A stretch of 64,000 nt of DNA, taken from NCBI GenBank assembly GCA_040954595.2, contig CM082590.2, forward strand, positions 8,805,764 to 8,869,763. Reading direction: 5' to 3'. Both the position numbers and the translations under genes were made by a program. Positions within the stretch are counted from its first letter, which is position 1, and each line of letters begins with the position of its first letter. A model generated the notes under the pieces. The model was given only the letters and a program-made list of their open reading frames with translations, was not told the origin of the DNA and made no database searches. This DNA comes from Balanoglossus misakiensis. Its lineage: Eukaryota; Animalia; Hemichordata. Positions 38,501 to 51,500 of the stretch are shown here, piece after piece.

Positions 38501-41500
38501 TATTTACAGACAGGTATGTACAGACAGCAAGGGAACATGGAAACGAATGAAGCTGACAGTGCATTTATTGGTGTGTGTGTGTGTGCCTGTCTGTATGTTT
38601 GTGGACTTGTGTATATGTACATGTACGGTGTGTGTATGTATGTATGTATGTATACATGTACAATGTCTGTGTGTGTCTTTCTTTGAGTGTGTGTATATGT
38701 ATATGCTTTCATGTAAACCAAGAGATACGTAAGGTTTTCATATGGTTCTATTACTCACTGTCTGTCTGTATGTTTGTGAACTTGTGTATGTGTAGATGTA
38801 GGGTTTGTTTGTGTGTGTGTACATGTATATGTGTGTATATGTATGTGTGTGTGTGTGATGTTTGAATGTGAATTTGTGTATGTGCACATGTGTGTGTATG
38901 TGTGTGTGTTTCTTTGAGTGTGTAAATGTATATGCTTTCATGAATACCCAAGAGATACGTATGGTTTTCATATGATTCTATACTCACTGGTTTCATTGTG
39001 GGCGGTGTACTGGGTCCTGAGGTTGGAGATGGAAGGTCTGCTTCTCTCTGTAGAGTTGCTGCTGACTCCACCAAACCTTGAGAAATAACCGATCAAACAG
39101 AAATGTAATTTGGAAACCATGACAACTGATGTTTCTAGTCTTTTCTGGTACTTATCAAAGAGTGAAAAGTCACACAGGTTAATCTGGTGCCCTATATATA
39201 GTGGGTGGAGGTTAATTGAAGGATATACAGTACAGTCTAACCTGTCTATAGCAGTCAGTGAAGTTACTTTCTAAACTGGCCTTCATAGATGGGTCAATCA
39301 CTGCACATGTAAATTGCACAGGGACTTAACAAAGTGGCCACTATATAGAGGTGGCCACTAACACAGGTCGGACTGTACTCACCATACTGTAACAGATGTG
39401 TGTGCATCAGAAGTAACAGTTCTTTGTTGGAGTACGAGATCCTGGTCTGTGCCACGATGTTGAGTCGATGGATGTCGGCCAATGATGTGTCCGGACCAAT
39501 GGACGACTTGCCAGTGACTCTCTCTGAAACAAGAAGGTGACCACATCGAATCAAGTCACAAAACAAAATATGCACAAATACTTGGTATGTACACTTATAT
39601 GAACCTGCCAAGGACCCTTTCTGTAGTACCAAGATAACTACAAGAAGGTAGCCATATTGAATCAAGTCACTAAACAAAATCTTCACTTAGTTTAAAGAAG
39701 TGAAGGGTCCTTTTTCTGGGTTTAGAAGAAATTGCTCCTATATTTTTCAAAGAAATTACAATATTTCCAACTTCAAATGTAAAATCTTACCTATCAGCTC
39801 CGACGCATATTTACAGAATGACATGTGATCTGATCGCTTGTCTTGCAAGACTGGTTCTCTCATCATCACTGCAAATACAAGAACAGTAAAGAATGAATGT
39901 CTTTCCAAATGGCTAACACTGTGATAACCTTATAAAAGGGGCCAAAATTACACAGATTTTTATAGACATCCATAGAAATTCTATAAACTTCAATGGAGAT
40001 TCTATAGGTTATTAGAATTCTATAGAAATCTATTGAATATCTTCTGTAAAGGTGAAATAATATATCCATAGTGAAACATCCAAGATAAATACTGATTCTC
40101 ACGTTGCAACTGTCCGTGTGTAAATAATGGCAGTTTACTGATGATCTGTTTGACCGTTTCACTTCTTGCAAGACCACACAGCGCTCGGCAGGCCAGGGCT
40201 CTAATGGCATCGGCTTCGGTGATTGGCGTCTTGACCATCAACACGGACAAGAGACCCTGTGGGAGAGATCGGGAGGTGAGAGGTGGCTGACGGTGGTGTT
40301 GATGGTGGAACTGATCACGGTTGATGGTGGCAAGAGTGGTGATGCTGGTAGTGGTTACAGTGGTTATGGAGACTACTGTCACGGTAACCAGCAAGTGATG
40401 AAGATAAAATCCGTAGCCATGTGGCTGGCTGATGGTGGTGTTGATGGTAGAACTGATCATGGTTGATGATGATAATAGTGGTGATGATGATGGTCGTGGG
40501 TACAGTGGTGATGACAACTGCTGTCATAGTAACAGCAAGTGATGGAGATGAAACCTGTAGCCATAGTAACTACATCACTCATTTCTAGCACCAATCAATG
40601 ATTTTTAGTGATATACATATAAATGTGATGTTGGTGGCACTGATCGTACAACAACTGTCATGGCAACATCAGTGCAACATCTGTTGCCATGGCAAGATCC
40701 TTTCTATCCCGGGTCTGTCTGAGATGAAAGGATAGATCAGCCATACTTACTTTGATTCCATTGTTGGCCTGCACGCAATCCCATAATTTCAGAAGAGTGT
40801 CGCCACTGCTGCGCAACGCTGTGCGGTTCTTCTTTCCTCCACTGGCAAATCGCGTCACATTGCCACCAAGCTGTCGGAGATGGTAGAATGTGAGTTAGAA
40901 AAGTCACAACTTTTATGTACAGTCGAACCTGTCTATAGTGGCCAGTCAAGGGACTTTCCTAAACTGGCTTTTATAGACAAGATGGCCTTTATAGACAGGT
41001 CAATCAATGTACATGTAAATTGCACAGGGACTGTAACAAAGTGGCAACTATACAGATCAAGATGGAGTGTGGTTTGACTTACTCGCGTTGTCGGTCCACA
41101 CACACAGTTGATGACAACTCGTAGCGCTGATTTCTGGACTTGTGCGTCCGGGAAAACCTCACCCTCGGCCATTCCACACACGATACTGTGGAAGAAATTC
41201 AATTTGTGAAACCCAGAATTTGAACACTTTAACACAATACTGTTGGAGAAGTCCGTGGCCAATTAATGAAACCTAGAAGTTGAATAAATACAGTGTTCGT
41301 CCCAAAACACTCTGGAGCGAACACTGATATACTCTCCATTAATATCCATACTCATTGATACATGACTTGTAAGTTATACTCATTCATCTGTGTATCAAAA
41401 TGAGACAATAGACACCAGGTAGAGGTTGGTGGAGGACATGACAGCCATCTACAGCAATAGCCCCATCTAGTGGCAGGAACAACTGAACAACAAGAGAAAC

Positions 41501-44500
41501 TTTCACTTACTTCATCCCAACCGTGCTCACACTTTCCGGAAGTTCAATCGGCTCGCACAGAAGAAGCTGGGCTTTCGGGGTCACCGTCAAAATGGCCAGA
41601 ACGTCCAGAGCAGACTTGATGGTTTCTCCTCTGCAAACACAAACAAAACAAACATCGTCATCTCTCAGATATTTCAAAACAAAGACTTACTAATATGTTC
41701 ACATACAGAAGACAGTAACACAGTACCACAGGTTATATCAAGCTGTATATAACTGCAGCACAACTTGCATAAACTGCAGTGGCAATGGGCTAACACTGGG
41801 CCTACTTACTGCCATAACCACCTGTACCATACACCCATTCCTCGAAGGTACATATACATAAACTCCAGCATCTAACATTACAAGACATCGAATTTCATAA
41901 GCTCTACAGAAGGCCCACATAGCAGAAGACTGAACCAACTAGAATTTCAAAATATTACTTCTGACTTCTATCGGTCACTAGGGAATATGCAAATGCACTG
42001 ACCTTCCACTGTAGTTCCTCCAATCACAGCTCAGCGCAATCACTTGCAACATCTGGGTGTGTCCTTGCAGTTTACTGAATTCACTGACTGGTTCCCAGTA
42101 CAGCCTCATGGGGGCGTACTCCAATAGTGTTTCCATGTTCTCCACTACCGCATCGTGGGTAATATGAATAGCCTGCAAGGATATACATATATACATGTAT
42201 AGTCGAACCTGTCTATAGTGGCCAGTCATAATCTTGTATTCATAGACAGGTGGCCTTTATAGCCAGGTCAATTAATGTACATGTACAGTCGAACCTATCT
42301 ATAGCGGCCAGTCAAGGGACTTTCATAATCTTGTATTCATAGACAGGGCGGCCTTTATAGACAGGTCAATTAATGTACATGTAAATTGCACAGGGACTGT
42401 AACAAAGTGGCCACTATATAGAGGTGGCCACTAACACAGGTTTGACTGTACAAGGAAATTGCACAGGGACTGTAACAAAATGGCCACTATATAGAGGTGG
42501 TCACTAACACAGGTTTGACTGTACATGTAAATTGCACAGGGACTGTAACAAAGTAGCCACTATATAGAGGTGGCCACTAACACAGGTTTGACTGTACAAG
42601 GAAATTGCACAGGGACTGTAACAAAATGGCCACTATATAGAGGTGGTCACTAACACAGGTTTGACTGTACATGTAAATTGCACAGGGACTGTAACAAAGT
42701 AGCCACTATATAGAGGTGGCCACTAACACAGGTTTGACTGTACATGTAAATTGCACAGGGACTGTAACATAGTGGCCACTATATAGAGGTGGCCACTAAC
42801 ACAGGTTTGACTGTACATGTAAATTGCACAGGGACTGTAACAAAGTGGCCACTATATAGAGGTGGCCACTAACACAGGTTTGACTGTACATGTAAATTGC
42901 ACAGGGACTGTAAACAAAGTGGCCACTATATAGAGGTGGCCACTAACACAAGTTTGACTGTACATGTAAATTGCACAGTGACTGTAACAAAGTGGCCACT
43001 ATATAGAGGTGGCCACTAACACAGGTCTGACTGTATTACCTTATATGGAGGTATGGGTTCTGGCGGCGGCAAACCTTGGCTTCTAGACACCTGCCTCTTC
43101 ACAGTATCAACTTTCAACGACAGATGGGCTTCAAAATATTTGGTCAGTGCTAGACAGGTGTGTTTGACCGTCTGTCTGCTAGCAAACTTCTCATCATCGT
43201 TTAACAGCAACCCTTGGTCATCAACGCTGAGAATTTCCAAAGTACTTATCTGAGAAAAGACAAGAAAAATGTGCATATAAAAAACTCTATTCTTCAATGT
43301 ACAGAAATACATAGTTTAGTTTATGTTCAACTCTATATATCTGGTTGAATAAAGATTCATTCACATTTATGTACAGTCAAACCTGTCTACAGTGGCCAGT
43401 CAAGAGACTTTCCTAAACTGGCCTTTATAGACAGGTGGTCTATACAGACAGGTCAATTACTGTACATGTGAATTGCACAGGGACTGTAACAAAGTGGCCA
43501 CTATATAGAGGTGGCCACTAACACAGGTTTGACTGTAATGATACTCACCAAGTTGTAGAGCTTTCTGAGTCCATCCTGCATATCGAAGAGTTCCAAAACC
43601 GCTTTGAACGGAAAACTGAGCATAAAAAACATGGTGGCATGGCAACGGCCAGACTCGTGGGAACACTCCAACAACCACAGAGCGTAACTATGGAAATGCA
43701 AAAAAGAAAAGAAAAAGATATAGAAACTGTAGAAATCTTTTCCTGATCTCCGACACAGACTGTGGTCGCCGCCATCTTGTCTGTTGTTAGGACAGCACAC
43801 TGCCTTATGGCATTGACTGCATACATTTTCTGTAACCAGAGTCTCTGGTTTGACACATGCCCATACGATGGTGGCCCTTTAAGTCTTCAGGTAATCACAC
43901 CCATTTCTCACCTGAGTCAATTGGAGTTGTCGACCTTTTTACCCACAATGCAATTATTCTGAGATGAGACCCCCTAGCACAAAGTTCAATCCTATCGATA
44001 ACAGGAACAGCAAGTCATTTTGCCTCTCAGCTTGCTGGATATACAACGGGTATCATTTAAGCATCTCGGAGCACTGATAAGAACTCCAATATAATTAGCC
44101 AGAGTAATCAAAGGCTTTATGAATGAGTTGTCATCTGGTTTCATTTGCAATGATCATTAGAACTGACTACATAGCTCTGTATCAACATGTCCTGTTGCCC
44201 CTCTCAGTGTACACATGTGTTTTAGACATGTTCGAAGCAGGACACCCCCAGAGTGTGTTGATACAGAACTGCTCTAATCAGTTCTAATGATCAAAACGAA
44301 CGTAACCAGATGCCGACTTCAGCATAGCAATCTCAGTTTACTCTGGCTAATTATATTGGAGTTCTTATCAGTGTTTCGAGACGCTTAAATGATACCCGTT
44401 GTAAAATAAGCCTTCTGGATCTCTCACCTGATGAGACGATTTAAAACAGGACTCGGCAGAAGACAAATCCTCTCCATTGTATCCTCATTATACGCCAAGT

Positions 44501-47373
44501 AATACAGGCACATGGACACACCGGTAGCAGCCATTGATGGTCGATGGACTTCTAGCAATTTCTGTAGACCACCCTCGCTCACAAACTCTGCTGCGAACTT
44601 CTTGTGGCACAGCAAAGCACCCAGGTACTGCAGACAAAAAAAATGTGCAACTTAGTTACAAATGTATAATGACGTAAAGTAACACTAATTATCTGTTATG
44701 AATTAAAGCTAGAGGACGTGGAATTACAAAAAAGGTCAAAGTCACCTTCAATCCCTCAAATGTCAATCTGACATCACCCGTCTTCCGAAGGTCAATGTAG
44801 TGTAGCACTAGATCCATTGCACCCAGCTGTAACACTGTGGCTAAGAGCTGTGCAGAGAAAACACAAGTAAGATTATCAGTATAGTACATGTAGTATAGAA
44901 AAATAGCGTATACCGCACTGCAGCTCCCCTTTGAGGGTAACTGTGTGTGAAACATACTACCAATCATTGTTAACCCAGTACATGACATCTTGGTATTTTG
45001 TCCTGTGGTGTGATAGCCTATAGAATCTCCACTGAAGTTTATATAATTTCTATAGATATCTATAGAATTCTATGTAATTTTGGCCCCCTTTCTATTGAAT
45101 TCTATGGAAATGTCAAAATCCATCTCATAAAAGTTGCATCAGGCTAGATGAAAAATAGCACTGACTACACAAACAATAGAGGTAATCAGCTAGCACAGGG
45201 CTAATCCAGTGTTAGCATATCAGAAAAGAACACTTGATTTGTACTGTACCTCTTGATATTCGCCCAACGGTGTGAGATACTGGATAATCAGTCTCTGTTG
45301 CATGACGTTCGTCATCGGATGCATGCAGTGTGTGCCAATCAAATACGGCGCTAAAACGTCCCAGCTACTGTTGCTGCCATCGCCGTCGTAAGACAAGCCT
45401 TGTGATTGGTTGATTACCGGCAGGTGACCCTGGATGAACCGTTTCTTGGCCTCTGAGCTTTTAGCTTTCATGGCGTCTGACAACTTGTGCTTCTTACTCT
45501 TTGATTTGGATTTTTTCTTTGAAACCGGCGTCGTTTTGTGCGTTTCTGTCTCTTCACCGCGACTCGTCGAACTCTCGGCGTTCCGGTCGCTCTTTTCTTC
45601 CGTCTTACTCTTTTCCACGTCAGGACTGATTTCTGAATTCACACCCGGTTTAAAACAACCGAACGGTCTGTCCTCCGCTTCAGATCTGGAATCGGTGCTC
45701 CCATCATCTGGCGTGGAGACAGCGGACACCGTCTTCAGTTCCTTGAGACGTTGCAGCATAATCGGCACCTGATTGGATAAAATGACGCTTAATATGTAAA
45801 TGTGATATTTGACCTATGAACTTGATACTGATAGGTCAATATACATGTATGATAATACAAGACTTGCAGGAGTGATATATGTTATTCTTAGATGGAAATT
45901 TAGATTCACAAAATACTCGTTCATATTCTTAATTCATTTTCTTCCAAAAACCATGACAACTCACCAAGACATTATTTTCCTCTCGATAATTTCCAGCTAT
46001 TTCTTGTATTTCCATGGCGCTAGCCAGAAGACCTGTAGCATATGACCTCAGTGGTTCTGTACCATCTCTAGCCCAGGTAATGAACTGTGGTATCAAACCT
46101 TCCTGTAAAGAAAATGGGATAATTTGAATTGGTCAATGCACTTTATACAGAAAAACCTGTCGAAAACAGGCATATCTTGGTGTGAAAAAAAACAAGCCTT
46201 CCCCTATTTTCCTCTTTAGAGGCCCAACCTTACCATAGAAAACAATGGTTTTGGACTGAACCATTGCAGGAAAAGGGGTATAAAGCCAACACACAGGAGG
46301 TGATACGTACCGTTTCCTGATAAGTTATGGACGTCTCCAGACCTGGCAATATGTCCAACAGTAATCGACAAGCGGTTGTATTGACAGTGACATCTCTATT
46401 GGACATCACGTAACTGTTGATGAGCTGTAAGGTGAAATGTCAAAAGTCAAAACTTTTTAAACTAGTGTTCAAAAGTAAGTTTTTCCCCCTCAAAATTAGT
46501 GGAGTGTAATATAAGAAATAGGCAAAGGATTACATGTGGACAAAGTTGAAGTCTGGGTATATAGAAGTACATAAATTTCTATGGAACTTTTATGAACATA
46601 TTTTGTTCATGCCACAGTGATTTTGAATTCCACATTTTTCCTATTTAACATAGGTATTTTTTGCATCTAAGTGACTCACCCTATTCATGAAGTTGTCGTT
46701 TTTAAACAGCGTCCTAAGCAGCTGTCCGAGAGCACATGAGGAGTCGGTCCTCGCCGGATGCCGGTCGTCGAACGGATCCGGGTCCATCTTCAGGAAATTG
46801 TCCGTCTCTCGTTCAACAATCTCAGACATGCTGCAAACAGAGTAACCCAAAACCATGTCGATATTTCTTCTTAGAAATACTGATTTCCGAAAAACGTTTT
46901 TCATATACATTGTGAAATTCTACACAATACAAGAACAAACCTGTCTAAACCATACACCAATGGGACTGAGAATATTCAGTTTTCAGACGTGTCTGGTTTA
47001 TAGAGGTATTTTAACATGTGGCTCTATGCAAAAGGGACTGTGTTTTAGAAAAGACAGGTTTCCAGAATACTGAGCTCTGGCATCAGCCAATCAGGGTTTA
47101 GTTTTCAGGTCTAGCGTCAGCCAATCAGGGTTCAGTTTACAGCTCTAGCATCAGCCAATCAGGAATCAGTATACACAGATTTCATTGTGCAATCGAGACA
47201 TGACGAAAACCAGGAAAGTATGTATAGATAACAAAACTAACTACAGAAGAAAACATCTTATGGCTTTACCTTTCCAAGATGTTCACTGGTGATTGAGCAG
47301 ACCCATCTTCTCTCTCCCACTGTTCCAACAATTTTCCAAATTCCGCCACAGCGTCGGTACTCTCCGAAGCCAT
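32585..47373 (-). CDS. DCAF1: DDB1- and CUL4-associated factor 1 (VprBP), about 33 coding exons
   Basis: Recognisable DCAF1 blocks: [12 protein letters not shown] (46680-46831), [16 protein letters not shown] (45250-45768), [11 protein letters not shown]...[20 protein letters not shown] (44428-44627), YFEAHL (43039-43248), [24 protein letters not shown] (40103-40256), Lis[11 protein letters not shown]...[10 protein letters not shown] (39383-39523, 38988-39077), [18 protein letters not shown] (37830-38029), WD40 with WDxR motifs LWDVR (35585-35818) and WDVRTFHLL (35155-35248), acidic tail (33950-34006, 33578-33775, 32585-32670). Start MASESTDAV at 47373; stop TGA at 32585. Confidence 0.96.
32952..33048. 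mobile_element. Family A piggyBac-like MITE
   Basis: TTAA-flanked intact copy. Confidence 0.85.
33222..33393. mobile_element. Related TA-flanked CAGT-terminal MITE (third pogo/Tc1-like family)
   Basis: tacagtgaaacctgtc...gacaggtttcactgta inverted ends; internal sequence differs from families B and C. Confidence 0.7.
34488..34660. mobile_element. Family B MITE (opposite orientation)
   Basis: cagtcaaacctgt...gtcccttgactggc...acaggtt. Confidence 0.7.
34809..34951. mobile_element. Family C MITE (opposite orientation, internal deletion)
   Basis: tacagtaaacctgtctaaacc...aggtttgactgta; a partial copy also lies at ~46928-47070. Confidence 0.7.
35249..35584 (-). other. U12-type (minor spliceosome) GT-AG intron in DCAF1
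   Basis: Donor on the minus strand reads |GTATCCTTT. Branch site TTCTTAAC (plus-strand 35263-35270) lies 12 nt before the AG, with no polypyrimidine tract. Splicing joins INSEI to WDVRTFHLL in frame. Confidence 0.88.
36103..36197. mobile_element. Family A piggyBac-like MITE
   Basis: TTAA-flanked intact copy. Further decayed copies at ~1005-1085, 36730-36810, 46195-46280, and a half copy at 30410-30432. Confidence 0.85.
39231..39377. mobile_element. Family B MITE
   Basis: tacagtctaacctgt...acaggtcggactgta. Confidence 0.75.
40918..41079. mobile_element. Family B MITE
   Basis: tacagtcgaacctgtctatagtggccagtcaaggg...ggtttgact. Confidence 0.75.
42198..43035. repeat. Family B MITE with its right half amplified into a 9 x 73-bp tandem array
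   Basis: Unit tacatgtaaattgcacagggactgtaacaaagtggccactatatagaggtggccactaacacaggtttgactg repeated from ~42377 to 43034, preceded by two copies of the MITE left half. Confidence 0.9.
43372..43536. mobile_element. Family B MITE (near consensus)
   Basis: tacagtcaaacctgt...acaggtttgactgta, perfect 15-bp inverted ends including the TA. Confidence 0.85.
44042..44403. mobile_element. Family E MITE
   Basis: tacaacgggtatcatttaagc...gcttaaatgatacccgttgta, inverted ends of ~65 bp. Confidence 0.8.
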
Positions 47374-48197
47374 ATCTTCCCTCGTCTGAAAATAACATCA
47401 AAGGTTGAAATATTGAACGTTATCATCCTATGTAGATTTGGGGCAATGACCACATTCAAATACATGTACCGTATGTGACTGATTCCAAAGGCATCAGTAT
47501 GTATATGTATATGTGTGTATATATATAGATACGAGTGTGTATATGTACAAACACAAATGTATATATATACATACACAAAACATTCACACACATATATACA
47601 CACTCACTCATATCTATGGGGTTTAGAAAAACAGTGTGAACTGTGACAGGCTAATATCTACATCACTATGACTGGTGTCTGGTAGACGACCAGGGCATTA
47701 CAGCATATCTCGTAGATACAGTTCTTTCCTTAGACCTGGCTTTGCAAGTTCCAGAGTCAGGAACCAAAAAGTATATATCTTTGTGACACAATGAGATTTC
47801 TAATGTGTGACCATTCATCAATGACCTTGAGTAATTTAATTACTTGATTGCACACAAGGTAATAGCATCAACAGCCATTGCCCTGTCAGGTCTGTGCAAT
47901 TGGGGAATTCACCAGGGCCAATATCCACACTCCAGAAGTTGATACAGATGTCACAATATCAGTAATAATCAGCTGTGGTTCAGCCTACGCTTCGCATCTT
48001 TGCAGGATACATGCACAGGTCATTGGGGTCGTGTGTGTTTACTAAGTACCCCATAGTAATACATGTACTGTACTGTTAGCATACACACACGTCCTGGTCA
48101 CACGATCGACTCGCTGCGCTGATTTACTTGCCCTCAAAACCGACACACAAATTAATTACACAGTTTCTTTCTGTGACAGCGTCTAGCCATAACCTAC

Positions 48198-48530
48198 CTT
48201 GCAGATATCGCTAAACTAGTAGACCAACCTTGCTTGACATTGACAGATATTGCAACACACACGATCGCATTCACAGCGTCGATTTGAACAAGTTGTGGGT
48301 TTTGCCGCGATGATGGACGCGGCCAGTCGACTACCTTGAACTACAGAGAGACTCCCTTCTCTCAAATTCCACACTCGAAGCAGGTATCACGGCCAACAAA
48401 CGCCAAACTATGAACCATACGTATTTGTTTACGCGATGCATGTGAGCATGGCGAACTCCATATTGCATAACCCTTGACCTCTGACCTTCTCTTATGACAA
48501 ACTATAGCGGGCGCGAGCACGATTTTTGTC
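48198..48530 (-). promoter_or_regulatory. Putative DCAF1 promoter and non-coding first exon
   Basis: The ATG exon begins at an acceptor at 47386; upstream donor AAG|GTAGGT at ~48197; locally CpG-rich stretch at 48100-48520. Confidence 0.4.
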
Positions 48531-51500
48531 CTTCTCTGATTTTACTGTGTTTTATGTCATTTTTAACGTTTTTTAGGTGTCCATCTGTTCTTTTTTTATA
48601 AGTTATTAAAATTATATGCTAATAAGCTTGATATAAGCAAGTCACATCAATATATGGAAAAGTTACATGGTATGCGCTGTACTTTAAAAGTTGATTGTTG
48701 ACATAGAAACAGAAGCAAGACTCTAAAAAAATTGTCAAGTAACGCTTGAAGCCTCATTAGCTGTACTAATATTAGCCAATACAGATGTATGCACTGAACT
48801 ATATACAAGTATTATAAACCCTAAGTATGAGTGGAAATGCAATGTTTTAACCAGATATATAATAAATGCAAAATGCACTGAAAATGTTTTTCGACTCTCT
48901 GATTTTTCTTTTTGTCTGATATTATTTTTGGTTGTGATAGCTTCTTCCTCTAGACACATGTATTAATTTCCCCGAATAGGTCTGAGAATGTACACACATT
49001 ACATCATGACCTAACACACAATTGAACCGCGGGCAAGGCTTTTGTGTCAAATTACTTTTCGCTTCTGTGACCTTACAATACCACATGACAGGAATTCCAA
49101 TTTCACAGAACTCAGCCCGACGAAAATTCCACAAGTCGCTCATTATAACATATTGTTGCCAAAGTATATTTAGTATTTTCTCAACATAAACTATACATGT
49201 TAGAATGAGAACATATTTTAATAACGTATTTCATGTCACTCTGACATTCATGAGTTATTTTATGAACGTGTTTACTCAATACATTGCAATTCACCAACGG
49301 CAATTTATAGCAACAAGGCTTTTATTGGCAAAATACATCACTTTCACTAGATTCAGCTTTTCATTTGATGATGCTAATATACACTTGTAACCGCGATCAA
49401 GTGATACACCACACTCGATAACATAGAACTAAGAGACGTTCTTTCATGACATCACTATTACCAAGAGATTTGTCGGGGGAGAAAATCGATGATTTACATA
49501 CACGAGACGAAACCACTGATTTGTGCACAGGGGGATCGAGTTTAGGGTTACATATTTCGGATCATTTCGCTGCCCCAGTTTCGGTGACACAGTGGGCTGT
49601 CACGACCGTTGACGCAGTCAGTCGTGAGATGGGGATAGGTGTGACCAGGTTGTCGTGGCAACGGAAGATTTAATTGCCGAGTGGGAAACGGGTTCTTCGA
49701 CTGTTCCATTATGGACCTTTACATTTTAGTTCAGTCGGTCATTCCCACTTAGAACTATATAGTAAAAGGGCACAACTACGTTGCGATGAAGATTGGAAAT
49801 CTTGCTATCTGAATGAGATTGGCGTCTTTTCATCAGTTGTTCGCCTTAATCACCAGGGGCCTCTCTCATTCGCGCCTCAGAAATCAGCGAAATTTTCCAG
49901 CCGACTGCGCATCAAAAGTCTAGCTGTGTTGACAGCGGTGCTGCCAGTGGAACACAGTTGCTGTTTTCTGTTCTCTGCTGTGTGTGAGTACAGGTACAAT
50001 TCATCCAAGCCGTTGAATTGTTTGGAGCACGGCCTTGCTATATATATACACACAGATGGTACTGTGCCTCTTTATTCATGGTAGGTTGACTAAGCTTGTG
50101 CATTTTATTGTTAATGTAATATTAAACACTTTATACTCTGACTATACTGGCTGTCTGCGTGTGTGTGCCTGTGTGTATGTCTGTCAGTGTCTGTCTGACT
50201 GTATGTATGAATGTAACACCCGCTATTTTGCACTTGAAAGTTTTATGTCCTTTTACGCTAGATTTATTCCAAGAACACAGCAGATTAATATCTTCACCTC
50301 CGGGAAATCCATTAGCTTAATATGCTCAGTAACCTTTACTCTTGTTTTCGCACGTTTTTCATTTGTTGCCGAAGTACTTAGGCGTTCGTCATTACCCATT
50401 TTCAGTTATCGAAACTTATTCATATTCTCCTACTTGTATATGAATTCTAAGAAATCTATATTTTATTGATAAGTTTTCAATATGAAATATTCAACAGAAA
50501 TGCCATCAGGGTGTTCTTCTTTCATCGACAAATGTGTTAAATGTACCAGATGGTACTTGTATGGGAAGAAAGATAACATACATACACACACACACATATA
50601 ATATAACATGACATAACATAACGCAACATAACAGAGCATAACATAACAATCATGATGGAAAACCTTTCCTTCATGAAGTTCATGGTATATCATGTATTAT
50701 ACGTGTCCAACAGCTACTGAATTATCAATCAAAATTTAATCTCATTGCAGTAGAAAACAAAATCCTGAACAATTTTGATGTATGTTTTACTATGTGTGAA
50801 TTTGTTCTGACACTAGTTCATTAATTAAATTTATGTTTGCGATGGTTACACAGCTTTAGTGTCAGTCACGGTCAGTAAACTTAAATTTATTGTGATGAGT
50901 AATAATTGCCTGATATGCTGCGACAAGGCTAAGGAGTGCGATCAATTTGAGAGGCCGGGCTATGTGGGTGTAATATTGACTGTCCCTGCAGATGTTGTTT
51001 TTCACTCATTTGGAGAAGGTTATGCAGTGGTTAGGATCCCCTTATCGGGTATCTGGTTCACTTGAATTGATTTTGAACGCAGACAATAAAATAGTTCGAT
51101 CTGCAGAATCCAAGGTTGCGATCACGATGTCAGATTCGATTAGCAGAGATGGAAAAAAACACGACAGCAACTTCACATCGAATTTGCAAATTGAAGATTT
51201 GTCGTACATTACAATTTTCATCCCCAAAATGGTCTCTCCACACAACTTGAACACAACTTGACACCGTTCCATCCACTGCATATCTAATGAACACAGAGCA
51301 AACACTCAAAATTCAGAACGAGTGTCCGTGATTCTAAAACTCCTAATCACGCGATATCAAGGCCAATGTAGTGTACAGTTTTTTTATCTCCCTGCCAATT
51401 CAGATGTCGATGACTGTGGATTCGTGTCAAGTACTCCACTCACTTGTGGTGGTAATTCAACACAACACAACCGTGAATTGCATTTTAAATAGCCACTGAA

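Noticed and set aside
40020-40527. His/Thr-rich N-terminal extension of a DCAF1 exon
   Set aside because: An acceptor at ~40257 bounds the conserved part; the remainder is duplicated low-complexity intron sequence.
42377-43034. CRISPR-like regular array
   Set aside because: Units are contiguous near-identical 73-mers with no unique spacers, derive from a MITE end, and lie in an animal intron with no cas genes.
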